The position numbers and the translations under genes were made by a program. A DNA stretch of 64,000 nucleotides from the NCBI RefSeq assembly GCF_009914755.1, contig NC_060925.1; one strand, written 5' to 3'. How positions within the stretch are numbered: position 1 is the first letter of the stretch; every line of letters starts with the position of its first letter. The notes under the pieces were generated by a model. The model was not told the DNA's origin. It worked only from the letters and a program-made list of their open reading frames with translations, and searched no databases. Source of the stretch: the human T2T-CHM13v2.0 reference genome, Homo sapiens. Of this stretch, positions 45,389 to 61,825 are shown in pieces.

Positions 45389-47379
45389 CTGGGGAGGGAA
45401 AGGCACACAGGAATGATATCTTTTTCCCCATTTGATTTTTGGAAAATATCAGGGATATAACAAATAGACAGATTCAGACATTCAGAGATAGCAATCCCCA
45501 TACTATGTTATTGAGTTATAGTCATTTACTCAAAAAATATGTTTTGAATACCTGCTAATGGCAAGGTAATATTTTAATACTTTCATGTGACAGTCACAAC
45601 ATGGTAAATCAGAGTCCCTAATCTCAGGGAGATTTACCCTAGGTATGTTCTCGAATGTGGAAAACATAATCTCAGTAACCCTGAAAGTCTGCACCACATT
45701 TGCCATTTCAGATGCTAACAACTAAATCATTCTGATAATAACCACAAAGGTGACGATCACACAAATACTGCACAGAATGCTTGGTGACTGATGTGGGCCA
45801 CATAGGATGACTAATGAGACTGTGGAACACGTAGCTGCAATGATAGTTACCATGGATTTTCATCAAAACATGAAAATGTTGGCATAAAATATGCCACTAT
45901 TTTGCCCTCAGATGTGAAACTGTTTTGCAGCAAAATGGTTGAGATGGAAGTACAGCACTGTGACATCAGAACAAATGCTGGCCAGCAGACAAGAAGCTCT
46001 GCTATTTGAGACACAGAAAAGAGGCACAGGGCATTGCCAAAGCAGTTTGGTAAGCACCTATGCCCACAAGGACATGCAGATAAGATAACATTTAAGTATG
46101 TGCATCTGACGGGAGGGCTTAAGTCAAGGCAAAATTCTGAAACTAGTAATCTAAAGGCAAGTTGAGAATTGAAACTAAGAAAGTTTGAGACCCAAAATCT
46201 AGAATTTACTCTTGGAAATGACTAAATAATGTTGATCTGACCAACATAATCAGAGTAACGATAACACGTTCTGCAGCAATAAGATAGTGAAGAGATCCAA
46301 ATGAAACAAACTCTCAGATATCTAAATTACTTGTAACAACGACTAATCAACTGCTTAAGCATGTGAGGGAACCAGAATATACCCACTAACACAGAATTCT
46401 GGCAGCCTGACCTATTCATCCTAAGAAAGACGATTGGAGGACTCTTCTGAATAAATGATTAACCCAGGAAGGAGGATCTATACATAATTGAGGGCTCCCC
46501 ATGAAATAATACCTTACAGCTCTAAGAACTCCCACAGAGCTACATTATAGTGAAACAATAATGTTGAGAGAAGAATCTAAACTTGTATGATATTAAGAAG
46601 ATTTACAAGCAATTTGATTTAGACTGGACTCAAAAGTGAATTGTATTACTAGTTATAACAGGCCCCAATATTGGCTTTTATAAGCATTATACCACTTAAT
46701 CCTCAAAACAGTACTATGCATTACATGTTATCTCCATTTTTCAAATGGGAAACATGAAGCTCAAAGAGACTGAATAACTTGCCCATGGCCCAGCAGTGAG
46801 TAGGTGACACATCCAGGATTTATATTCATGCCTGTCCAGCCCCAGTGCACACAAAATAGAAACTGATTATCAAGTGAGAATGTTTTACTTTTCCTGTTTA
46901 ATTGCCAGCCAGAATTGGACTCTAAATAAAATAATAGATGACTTACAGGTACTTAATGCATAATTCTTAGATATAATTTTATAAGATACTTCCATAAATT
47001 AAAAAAAGAAGATATTATTAAAACTTCAAGAAATTATGACAAACTGCGTGGACTTTAAAAGAATTCCAAGTTTCAAAAAACACTTGGTTATTACCAAATT
47101 AAGTCACCATATCTTAACAATTTGAACAGGTTCAGTTAAAAACGATGAACAAAGAAAAAGCAGTGCAATGTACAAACTGCAAGCTGAGAGAGCAAGCTGA
47201 AATAAGTGAAAAGAGGAAAAACACCAACATTTGATTCAAAATGAAACCTCAGTTAGTGTTAAATGCAGTGAAAAACTTTAATAAATCCAAGAACAAGATC
47301 TAGGGCTGTTTCTTCCCAATGGGTTAGTAGTAATCATACCAGCAACTGCTCCACACCCAGCTCTAGCTTTACCACAGGC

Positions 47380-47575
47380 CCAGCCATATGCTAAATGCTT
47401 CCGTACATTCATTCACTTACTCCTCTCAACACCATGGCAAAGAAATCACGCAGATCTCATTTTACAGATGAGAAAACTGAGGCTCAAGATTTATAGCTTA
47501 GGCAAGGGCGCCTATCTAGTAAGTGGTAAAGGTATGAGTCAAAGCCCATAGTATGAACCATATTATGCTACACTG
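47380..47575 (-). mobile_element. MIR
   Basis: cattttacagatgagaaaactgaggctca core. Confidence 0.7.
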
Positions 47576-47939
47576 TCCCTCCTCAAGCTCCTCTGAAAGG
47601 ACGTTGTAATGAGTCATACAAAACATAAGGTGTCTTGTTATTATCATCACTATTTGTAGTGTATTGATACTTTGTTGCTGAGTACAAATTAAGTGTTGAA
47701 TAAAATCCTAATATTGATAAGCAGAGAAAATATTAGCTTAATAAATGTTGAAAAGAGTAAGTCTACCCAAGAGAGCACTTGAGCTTTGCCTGGTAGCCTG
47801 TGAAATAAGTTTGTAGTATATTTTATTTCTATTTTCCATCAGAAATGGGAAGGAAACAGATTGGTCTGTCAGTCTGAAGCCTCTTCCTAGCATCAGGTGT
47901 AGTCCTCACAGTGCTCTGTGAAGACTATCTTGACTACTC

Positions 47940-48237
47940 TTTTTTTATTTTTTTTGAGATAGAGTCTCACTCTGTCACCCAGGCTGGAGTGCATTGGGGT
48001 GATCTCAGCTCACTGCAACCTCAACCTCCCGAGTTCAAGTGATTCTCCTGCCTCACCCTCTTGAGTATCTGAGACTACAGGCATGCACCAGCATGCCCAG
48101 CTAATTTTTGTATTTTTAGTAGAGATGAGGTTTCATCATGTTGGCCATGCTGGTCTCTAACTCCTGACCTCGGGTGATCCACCTGCCTTGGCCTCCCAAA
48201 GTGCTGGGATTACAGGCATGAGCTACTGCACCTCGCC
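47940..48237 (-). mobile_element. AluS
   Basis: Full dimer; TSD atcttgacta(c/t)tctt. Confidence 0.95.
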
Positions 48238-49111
48238 ATCTTGACTATTCTTGAGCTTAGAGGCCAGAGAGCAGAGTTTTAAATCTGTTACTGTCGTTCA
48301 CTGATAAATAGTAGCTGTTCATTTCAAAGGGAGCTTGAGGGTCTATGCAGACTAAAAAATGTGTACAGTATGAGATCTGGGAGGATAGTGGGATCATTTG
48401 ACCTAACTGTTTAGCTTAATTGAGGACTGAAGGCAAGAAGTCACTTGTCAACAGGTTCATTTCTAGTTAATGGCACAACTTGACCTAACCTTTAGTTTGC
48501 CAAATTCACTGCCTGCTATTCTTTCCCCTATACCACACTACCTTCCTACATAAGGAAAGAAATGGGAACCAATAAAAACTAAAGTCCTCCCAGGGGCTGA
48601 ATGCTTTACACCCATTATCTCACTTTCTCCACATTTTACAGACAAGGAAAATAGTGAAATAACCAGAAAAAAGTTAAATGAAAAAAAAATACCTCCATGG
48701 AAATAAAGTATGTGAGGCATTCTGAATTCCTAGGAACCCAGGAAAACCCAGGCAGATTCAAATTTAATAGCAACCTATGAAATAACTCCTGAGCCACCTG
48801 TCATGCACAGGGCTTCAGAGTGGGAAGACAGAGACATAGAGCAGAGATGTCAGGATGGTGGCTGAGAAAGACCTCAAGGCTGAATGATCATAGGAAAGGC
48901 TCCCATGCCAAATACTGGTCCTTCTGTCTTCATACTCACTTGCAATCACTTGTTCAAAGTCTATCTTGCCACTAGACGGCAAGCATCTGTCTTATCAACT
49001 GCTGTATACCCAGAACCTTGTATAACACTTGGTATGCAGTAGGCATTCAATCAGTATCTGTTAGCTGAAATAGATACCTACATGAATGAGTGCTTATTGA
49101 ATGAATCAGTC

Positions 49112-49160
49112 TCTATTTTTGTACCAGTACCATGCTGATTTTGTTAGTATAGCCTTGTAG
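49112..49160 (-). repeat. 49-bp L1 fragment, copy of 52071-52119
   Basis: 48 of 49 positions identical by manual alignment. Confidence 0.9.
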
Positions 49161-49240
49161 GAAGGAGAGGGCACACCAATCAACCGAGCCAAACTTTTAA
49201 GAACAGTGTAAGAATCAGTAGTAACAAAGAAGTGTCTTAC

Positions 49241-49372
49241 CTCTTTATTCTCATAGCTCTCCACAGCATAATCATTTTTAACTACAACGTATCTCTCCTT
49301 CCACTTCTTTATGTCTTCAGAAAATTGTGATAGCTCTGCTTCATACAAAATAGTTCCAGGCGCCAATGGTGG
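49241..49372 (-). CDS. NIBAN1: NIBAN1 coding exon 3, 132 nt, phase 0 to 0 (start of PH-like domain)
   Basis: ttctttaag|CCA CCA TTG GCG ... AAT AAA GAG|gtaaga. Translation PPLAPGTILYEAELSQFSEDIKKWKERYVVVKNDYAVESYENKE; overlaps ORF 49106..49366. Confidence 0.96.
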
Positions 49373-50327
49373 CTTAAAGAAGATGAATACAATTAACTAT
49401 CACAACAAAAGATAACACACCTTGTTACCACAAAGTTATCCATGCTATTTCAAGGAATAGTTTAGGAAACTATCTTCCACTGAGATCCTGGGGAAACTGT
49501 TGCTTCCTCCTCTCCCCCCACAATTTCCCTTTCCTACTCCACTTGACCCAATGTAAATATTTGTCTTATTGGTATTTTTATGATTTTCATTTCCCTCTAT
49601 TATGCTATAGGAACAGAAGCATATGGTAGAAGGAATTATAGTAATAAGGTTATTATGCCTTGCATGCATGTGGCACTCAATAAATGCTTGATAAACTCTA
49701 TGGGAGAGAGGGAGTGAGGCAGGAAAGTGTAAGTGTGGATACCTACCTGGACACCCTGAACATGACTCAGGGTTAATCCCCGCAAAGCGGGAGAATTAAC
49801 AGACCGTTCCCCTATCCATTACACCTGCCGATGCTGCCTCCAATTCTCAATGGTTTTCCTAAACCCAAAGCCATGGGGACCCCTCTCCATGCTACTCAAG
49901 GAGATCATGTTTGCTATTTGGTTAAAGAACAAGCAGGTATCAAGCCAGAACACCTGAGTTCCACCGCTTCTACTGAAAAGTTTGAGGATTTCTTATTAAC
50001 TGTGGTGATATATGTGCTGTGCGGGCATTTCCATTAGATTCCTAGTTACATCTTCCATTGGATTAACTGTGTAAGGATAATTCCCATCCGGCTTCATTGT
50101 GTAATTTTCATATTATTTCAAAATATACAAATGGGCCTCTTTTCTTTTACATGTCACTGAGTTTACATCTATTTTCCCTTTATTAAAAAATCATAGTGCC
50201 TTCAGAAACTTACCCCTCTACTTTCAAGTAAAATTTTAAATGAGCTATACAGAAAAAAAATAGATATGCCAATCTCTTTTAAGAATAATCTAAGGGATGA
50301 AACAAATTCCCTTCCAAATTCCAGTGC

Positions 50328-50384
50328 TTAATGAGGCAAGATAGGAGACAGATAATGCGGCAGTCCCCTATCTTGCCTCATTAA
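50328..50384. repeat. Inverted repeat / hairpin with 18-bp perfect arms
   Basis: ttaatgaggcaagatagg (50328-50345) and cctatcttgcctcattaa (50367-50384). Confidence 0.95.
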
Positions 50385-50717
50385 AAGGTAAGAGAGAATC
50401 TCTTCTCTTTAAATGAAACTGAAACCATGGCATAAGCTGAACTTCATAGTTCTTATGTGCAGCTTTTCTTAAAACCTGGACCACTTAATCAACTGATAAG
50501 CTTGTTAAAAATGGGGCCTCACGATAGACTTACTATATCAGAATCTCTGGAGCTGTGGGCCATAATGTGCATTTTAACAAGCTCCCTAAATTTTGAGATC
50601 ACTGTTTTATGAGGGAAAGCAATCACTTATCCCTATGTACTCATGCTGCTAAATATATTGGTTAACTTCTCAGCATTATGTGACTCACTTATCACTTATT
50701 CTCTCTTGAAACCCCTT

Positions 50718-52441
50718 CTTTTTTATTTTTAGTTTTTTAAATTTTATATTCAAGGGGTACGTGTGTTTCTTACATGGGTATTACGTGTAACGGTGGGGAC
50801 TGGGCTCCTAGTGTACCCATTACCCAAATCTTGAGCATTGTACCCAATAGGTAATTTTTCAACCCTTACTCCCCTCCCACCTTCCCCACTTTTGGAGTCT
50901 CCAGAGTCTATTCTCTCCATCTTTATGTCCATGTGTACCCATTATTTAGCTCCTGCTTATAACTGAAAACATGTGGTATTTGATTTTCTGTTTCTGAGTT
51001 AGTTCACTTAGGATAATGGCCTCCAGCTCCATCCATGTTGTTGCAAAGGGTATGATTTTGTTCTTTTTTATGACTGTGTAGCATCCTGTGGTGTATATAT
51101 ACCACATTTTTTTTATCCAATCAACCGCTGGTGCACACTTAGGTTGGTTCCATGGCTTTGCTATTAAAAATAGTGCTGTGATAAACACACACATACAGGA
51201 GTCTTTTTATATAATGATTTATTTTCCTTTGGGTAGATACCCAGTAGTAGGATTGCTGAGTCGAATGATAGTTCTTTTTTAGTTATTTGTGATATCTCCA
51301 TACTATTTTCCGTAGGGGTTGAACTAATTTACATTCCCACTAACAGTGTATGAGCATTTCCTTTTCTCCACATCCACATCATCTGTTATTTTTTGACTTT
51401 TTAATGACATTCATTCTTACTGCTGTAAGATGATATCTTGGTGTGGTTTTAATATACATTTCTCTGATGATTGGTGATATTGAGCATATTTTCATGTGTT
51501 TGTTGTCCACTTGTATGTCTTCTTTTGAGAAATGTCTGTTCATGTCCTTTGCCCAGTTTTTAATGGGGTTGTTTTTTCTTGTTGAGTTTCTTGTAGATTC
51601 TGGATATTAGTCCTTTGTTAGGGGCATAATTTGCAAATATTTCTCCCATTTTGTAGGTTATCTGTTTATTTTGTTGACTATTTCTTTTTTGTGTATAGGC
51701 TTTTTAGCATAACTAAGTCCCATTTCTCTATTTTTGTTTTTGTTGCATTTGTTTTTGGGGTCTTCATCACAAATTCTTTTCCTGGGCAAATGTCCAGAAG
51801 AGTTTTTCCTAAGTTTTCTTTTAAGATTTCTATAGTTTCAGGACTTACACTTAGGTTTTTAATCCATCTGAAGTTAATTTTTGTATATAATGAGAGATAG
51901 GGGTCCAGTTTCATTCTTCTGCATATGACTAGCCAGTTTTCTCAGCACCTTTTATTGAATGGGGTATCCTTTCTTCATTATTTATTTTTGTTGATTTTAT
52001 CAAAGATCAGTTGGTTGTAGGTATGTGGCTTTATTTCTGGGTTCTCCATTCTGTTCCATTGGTCTATGTGTCTATTTTTGTACCAGTACCATGCTGATTT
52101 AGTTAGTATAGCCTTGTAGTATAATTTGAAGTCAGGCAATGTGATGTCTCCAGATTTGTTCCCTTGCTTGGGCGTGCTTTGGCTATTCAGGCTTTTATTT
52201 GTTCCCTATGAACTTTAGGATTAATTTTTCTAATTTTGTGTAAGATGACATTGGTAATTTGATAGCAATTGAATTGGAGCTGTATATTGCTTTGGGGAAC
52301 ATGGTCATTTTAATGATAGTGATTTTTCCAATCTGTGAGCATGGGATGTGTTTCCATTAGTTTGTGTTGCCTACAATTTCTTTCATCCGTGTTTTGTAGT
52401 CCTTGTAGAGATCTTTCATCTCCTTGGTTAAATGTACTCCT

Positions 52442-52485
<44 letters not shown>

Positions 52486-52527
52486 TGGGTGGGGGTGGCT
52501 ATTATAAATGGGATTGAGTTCTTAATT
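50718..52527 (-). mobile_element. L1PB-type, 5'-truncated, about 1.8 kb (ORF2 C-terminal remnants plus 3' UTR), with an internal (GT)n at 52445-52484
   Basis: ORFs 50946..51194 and 51678..51914 are L1 ORF2-like (WIKKMWYIYT; [13 protein letters not shown]); TSD ttgaaacccctt at 50706-50717 and 52528-52539. Confidence 0.93.
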
Positions 52528-52544
52528 TTGAAACCCCTTTTTTA

Positions 52545-53968
<1,424 letters not shown>

Positions 53969-54344
53969 CGAGGTGGTGGTTACTTATTATAATGGAGCAA
54001 AGGAGTAAGAATAAATTAGGGGATTCAAAGAGAAAATCATATTTGATCAATGACCAAAACTTCACTACAGAAAGTCAAATTTTCTTAGACAAACAAAGCA
54101 TCCATGTGGGAAAAATACATAACAATATTGGATTCAAGCTAATTTCCTTTTTCTATGGATTATATCAGCAACAAGAAATCATACATTCTAACTTCCAGGC
54201 AAATAGAGTTTTTTGAGCATGAAACGACTTCAGAGCAGAGTTTTTAAAACTGCCATTCAAATTATTGTTTATTTCAGAAATACGGCTGTGCTATATAGCC
54301 TTCTTCAAGGGGAAATACATGTAAACCAAATATCCATGGCTTAC

Positions 54345-54475
54345 CTTGGTCTTCAAAAACTGTGACGTTAAATCTCTTTGCTGTTCTACTTCAGTGCGCA
54401 CGTGATTGCAGAAAGCCACAGAGTACTGACGACTGTAGTAGGGACTGAAGTTTTTGATGGCAGCCTCAGTTTTCC
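54345..54475 (-). CDS. NIBAN1: NIBAN1 (FAM129A) coding exon 2, 131 nt, phase 1 to 0
   Basis: Minus strand reads ttttctag|GG AAA ACT GAG ... AAG ACC AAG|gtaagc. Translation (G)KTEAAIKNFSPYYSRQYSVAFCNHVRTEVEQQRDLTSQFLKTK matches the Niban 1 N-terminus as I recall it and joins in frame to the next exon. It is too short to appear in the ORF track. Confidence 0.96.
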
Positions 54476-54548
54476 CTAGAAAAATATGAAAATTAGAATT
54501 CTTAAGTATAGCACAGAATATACACCTATCTACAGAGTTCCAAAAACC

Positions 54549-54619
54549 ATCCCTCCAGTCTCTCTGTTTCTATCCCTCCAGTCACCCCTGTTTCTATCCC
54601 TCCAGTCACCCCTGTTTCC
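54549..54619. repeat. Three copies of a 23-24 bp tandem repeat (atccctccagtcacccctgtttct)
   Basis: Read directly from the sequence. Confidence 0.9.
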
Positions 54620-54973
54620 CAGATATTTGCCAGTAGTCTGTCTTCCCGGAGAACTTTGCTACCTGCTGCACATGCCCCATCTCTCCCTCTCCTTCTGGCA
54701 TCATCCTGAGAGGCTTCACAGACCCTAAGGACTAAATTGACCCTAAGGACTAAATCCCGTAACCTATTGAGTTTTGCTTTATTTTCTATCAATAGACTAT
54801 CGCCATGACCATAAACTCAACCATCCTTCTAATCCTCCTAAGACTGTTCTTCTACCTCGCCCTCTCTCCACTTCTACTTGTTCTTTATTCTCCTCGACCT
54901 CCAGTCATTCAGCTCCTCCCTCCAAATGATAATCCCAGGTCTATGCCTTCAATTCTGCAAGCACATCACTCTC

Positions 54974-55281
<308 letters not shown>

Positions 55282-57253
55282 ATCACTCCCTTTTTCTTCA
55301 GATCCCTGAGGCTCCACCTCTAGTCTTGTGACTCACAGTCCTGGATAAAATCAACAAGTGTTTCCTCTCACTCTGCTCCAATATTTCTGGTTTAAAATTT
55401 TTGTGTGTGATTCAAAGCAGTATATAACCACCACGAGACAGAGGGGGAAACTTTGGTTTAAGAGCCTAGAGACCTGAGCTCTGGTCTCGATTCTGTGAGG
55501 CAGAAACCAGCTGTACAACCTCAGTCAAGTCATTCGACTCTCAAGGCTCCAGAATCCTAACTATAAAGGAAGGTGCTCACTAGTCTACACATTTCTTTGG
55601 ATCTGCATGCCATTGAAATATAAGTACAGTACGAAAGTCCAGCTGCCTCACAATGACCAGAAACTGCAATATATTAAATAGTCTCTCAGCACCGAAAGTA
55701 AATCAAACTGAGTATGAACCATGTGGGGGAAGCTTGAGGACTTGAGATGGAGGGACAGGGAGAGTCAGACACCTGAAACATTCTTGCCTTTCCAATCTGT
55801 GCTTAGCTTTAGAGAGTATGGAAATTGCAAAGGAGGGAAGAGAGAAGGAGGAATAGAGGGGAAAGGGTGGGTGTAGGAGCATTCTCATGCAGATTAGAAA
55901 CCCTTACAACATTTCAACTACTTGCTGCAGGGTACAGAAAGAAACACAGGCTTCACTGATTGTGCTCGTAAGCGATGAGTCCGCAGAACAGGGTACAGCT
56001 TGAGGAAAAATAAACTTGCTGTAATATTCCAAAATATTTTAAAGTACTTTCATATGAACTTGACATCATTTTTGCTTTTAAAATTTGATATTATAGTCAA
56101 TAAAGAGATATTAAAATATACTGGCAAGATTTGTTTAGAGCTATCATGTGGGTTAAATTTCAAAAATAAGTGAAGAGTTCTAACTACATAGATTGAGGTA
56201 CTCAATAGGAAAGCCTTGAATCCATAGCAACCCGTTTCTAAGCCTATAGAACCATAGCCAAAAACACCCATAATGTATGAATACTCTCCATATGCAGAGA
56301 ATCCTACTTTTGTTTGGGAATTTAGGTCTTATACTATAAATGAGGTAAAGAGGAATTCTTTCATATTCACTTCATAACATGGCATTTACTGGTCATGTGA
56401 GCTTTAATAATTATTACTTGTAAGGTGCTTTGAGACCCACTAATAATAGATTCTGTAGAAATGCAAATAAAAGCTCCTATAATTTGAATCAGGCATGCTT
56501 TTGCTTGCTCTGTGCATTTATGGTATTACTATTAATCAGTATTTGCATAATACTTTAATATACTCAGGCTTTATAATCATCTAATTGGTTATTATGCTAT
56601 CAGCTTTTATGCAGTGTAATTCTCTATGCTTGTCTATAATTTTCTTACATAGGAGTGGGACAGTGTGGGAATTCCCACAATGAGAACGAATCTCACTTTA
56701 CTAAAACATATAAATGATGAACAAAATTTGCCCTTTAGGTCCAAGTAGCCACTGTTTGGTCTATCAGAAAAGCAGCCTGTTAATTTCTAATGTTTATTTT
56801 TGTACTCTTGAAAGCACTTGGATTGAAATGAAAGGAGGTGAATGTCATTTTATGATGAACTCTATAAAGCTTTGAAAGCTGATTTTCTGCCACATCACCA
56901 AGCCTCCCCAGGGACGCCCTGCTTCTGGTGAGGTGCCATAATGCTCTCTTCTGATATATGAGAAAAATGCTTCTGTAATTTGAATATCTGCATACTGTCC
57001 CATTAACACATCATCCACCAGGTAGCGCTTATAAAGAAGCAATTGCAGCTTCTTTAGGTAATTAATCTAATAACTAGTTCAAACTATGTATGATATAGCT
57101 AACAATATCATATGTTCTGGGGTGGGGGGAACCTAAAGTTATTTGGCAAGTGTATCTGGACTTTAGATTAAGCCTATCTAAATCCAAATAAATAAGTACC
57201 CAATGTAGGGATCCTAAGACTGAGAGCAAAGTCTGGTGTTGAGGCAGGGGACG

Positions 57254-57413
57254 GTCTGGCTTGGTGGCTCTTGCTTGTAAGCTAGCACTTTGGGAAGCTG
57301 AGGCAGGAACATTGCTTGAAGCCAGGAGTTTGAGGTTGTGATGAGCTATGATTGCACCACTGTACTCCAGCCTGGGAAACAGAGCAAGACCCCACCTCTA
57401 ATTTAAAAAAAAA
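57254..57413 (+). mobile_element. Old Alu monomer (FRAM/AluJ-like)
   Basis: Single about 160-bp unit ending gcctgggaaacagagcaagacccc plus an A tail. Confidence 0.8.
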
Positions 57414-57439
57414 TAGTCTGATGTTGGAGCAAAATACCA

Positions 57440-57640
57440 CTGTGGTTAGGAATCAGACAGGTTCAAATCCCATCTCTACTACTTGCCAGCTGTGAGATCT
57501 CATGTGAGTTACTTCTTTCTGCTCACATGTTAAATGAAGAAAACAAGAGTAGCAGCCTCATAAGGTTATTCTAATGATTCCATGAACTAATGCAGTAAAG
57601 TGCTCAGCATGATAGCTGGCACATAGAAAATGTTCCATAA
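57440..57640 (+). mobile_element. MIR
   Basis: ggttcaaatccc...acttgccagctgtg...cctcataaggttatt...gtaaagtgctcagca...ctggcacatag. Confidence 0.7.
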
Positions 57641-58539
57641 TTGATCATAATTAAAATGATGATGATAATGGTGATGTGGGTGTCCCTTAGGCAAGCACCA
57701 GGATAAAGTCCTCAAGCTGAACTAAGGAATTAAGGAGAAGAAAAAAGCCGGCTGTTTACTGTAACTCTTGCACTAGGGCCATCCTGCCCTGCTGTATACA
57801 GAAGAGCTGCCCCACCCATTGCAGGCTCCAAACAAATACAACCTACATTTTCACAAAGGTTCAGCATAGAAGACCCTCAGTGCATTCCTGAATTAAAACC
57901 AACTAAATAAAACATCAACATTAATGAACTGAAGAAAAAGTGTAAGTTAGGGGCTGTGTTTCATTGAGCTTCTCTCTCTGAGCCTCAATTTTCTCACCTG
58001 CAAAATGAGGATAATAAGATGCCCATATCACAGGGTTTCATGAGGAGCAAATAAAATATTCTGTATATTGAAAACTATCTAGGACAGTGCCTGACACATA
58101 TTAGTTGATCAATCAATTTTGACTATTTAATATTCCACAATGAAAACATTCAAACAAGTGATCAGCCCACAGGGGCCACACAAAATAACCTCAGCTGAAA
58201 CTACATTATTCATCACCGTTTTCAAGATTCTTGAGCACTGAATTCCTTTCATATCCCTGTCACCAAATTTAGTATCACATTCTCTTTCCTAAATTGTTTA
58301 TAAAACACAGTGCCAGGTCTTATACTGAAAGGAGATTACTCAATAATGGAAGGACTAAAAGCAATGGAAGGGATTCTTCCACATTTTGATATACCACCAT
58401 TTTTGGCACAGGTATGTATCTCTAATCCTACTTGTTTATTACAGCTTGTGCTGGGCATTGCGTTAGTACAATTCACTTGACCCTAAGCTGCTCATAACAC
58501 CCTTCAAGGTAATCATCACTGATGCTAAAAGAAGCCACT

Positions 58540-59563
<1,024 letters not shown>

Positions 59564-59838
59564 CCTCTTTGACAACTCTGTCCATATAACTTAGCTTCAG
59601 TTCACCTTTGTAAAATTAAGAAAAATATCTGCTGGCCCCTTTGAAGCCATTAACTCTATACAGGCTCAAAAACTCAGCATTCATTTGACTCCTTCTCTCC
59701 CATTCCCAGATCCAATCATCAGATCTTGCCACTTTTATTTCCAGAAATTTCTTGATTCCATTTCCTTTTCCCCATCCCAACCACCACACCTTCAATCAAG
59801 CCTCTACTATCTCTCAACGACATTATAAAAGTCTCTTG

Positions 59839-60142
<304 letters not shown>

Positions 60143-61121
60143 TCAGCATCACAGCAGAGACAGAGGAGAAAAACAAAAACAGGAACTCTCAGCTCTTAAA
60201 CAGGAACAAAAAAGTGAAAACCAGAGTGGGAGGGGGAGTGCCAGGGCTGATCCTGGAGGATTATGGGGAATGAGCCAAAGCTTGGTGTGTGTGGCAGAGG
60301 CTGGTTCTGAGAAGTGGCCGGAGTCCAGGGCTGATGGGGCAGAACAGGAGAGGCTAAATCAAAGCTGACCACCTTGGTCCCACTCAAAGGTAGCATGAGT
60401 TACAAAAAGGCCCAGATGTTAGAGGTGGGAACTGTATTTCAGAACCAAATCTTGGCACTGATGTTACTAAGACACTCTTTTGAAAGTCATAAGGGTCACA
60501 CCTCATTAGTCATAGGGGCACAACCTTCTGACTTGTCCTGGACTGGCAGCTTTCATTTAACATGCTGCTGCAAGATCATATCACTATCTTTGTAAGAAAA
60601 AAAAAATCTTCAATGTTTCCCTATTGCCTAGGGTAGTAACCCCTCGTCCTAGTACCACGGGCCTGGGATCTCACCTCAACTGTCTTTATTTCCCACTTCT
60701 TTCACTCAACTTAAGCCTTCTTGCCCCTGTGCATACATGTGCCTTCTCTCCTCCTTTCTCCCCCTAAGTCCCCTGCTAGCCACTTTCAGACCCTTCAAGC
60801 CCACATGACAGTCCCAACCCGAGTAGAAACCTCTTTGGATCTCCCCAGCTGGAAGCAATCACACCTTCTTTGGCATTCTCCCAAGATTGTGTACCACTTC
60901 TACTGCAGCTGTTCAAATATAGCTTATCTCTCCTCCAAGGGTATATTGTGTTTATATACTCAGCAAATATTTGTTGAATGAATGAAAGAATGGCTGAGTA
61001 AATATTCAAGAGTAAACCAAATTACAATGCATTCTATCAACAAAACCCATGCCAATGCCCCAGGAAAGGAGAAAGGTACAGTTTTCAGCTTGAATATTAA
61101 TTACCAAAAATATACACTCTT

Positions 61122-61431
61122 GGCCAGGCATGGTGGCTCATGCCTGTAATCCCAGCACTTGGGGAGGCCGAGATGGGAGGATCACCTGAGTGCAGGAGTT
61201 TGAAACTAGCCTGGACAACATAGAGAGACCTTGACTCTACAAAAAAAAATTAAAAAATTAGCCAAGTGTGGTGATGCACACCTGTAGTTGCAGCTACTCA
61301 GCAGTGGTGGGGGTGGGGTGAGGGTGAGGCAGAGTATTGCTTGAGCCCAGGAATTCGAGGCTGCAGTGAGCTGTGATCACACCACTGCACTCCATCCTGG
61401 CTGACAGAGCAAGATCCTGTCTCAAAATAAA
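61122..61431 (+). mobile_element. AluJ-like with a G-rich insertion, followed by (CA)n at 61435-61471
   Basis: Dimer with an extra gcagtggtgggggtggggtg in the right arm. Confidence 0.9.
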
Positions 61432-61514
61432 TGAACACACACACACACACACATGCACACACACACACACATTTGAAATTCAATTCATATCTGTTTATAA
61501 AATATCAGACTCTT

Positions 61515-61825
<311 letters not shown>

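Noticed and set aside
50946-51914. L1 ORF2-like peptides
   Set aside because: Fragmented remnants of a 5'-truncated L1PB; not an active element or a host gene.
54549-54619. Short direct repeats considered as CRISPR-like
   Set aside because: No unique spacers, no cas genes and a eukaryotic context; it is a simple minisatellite.
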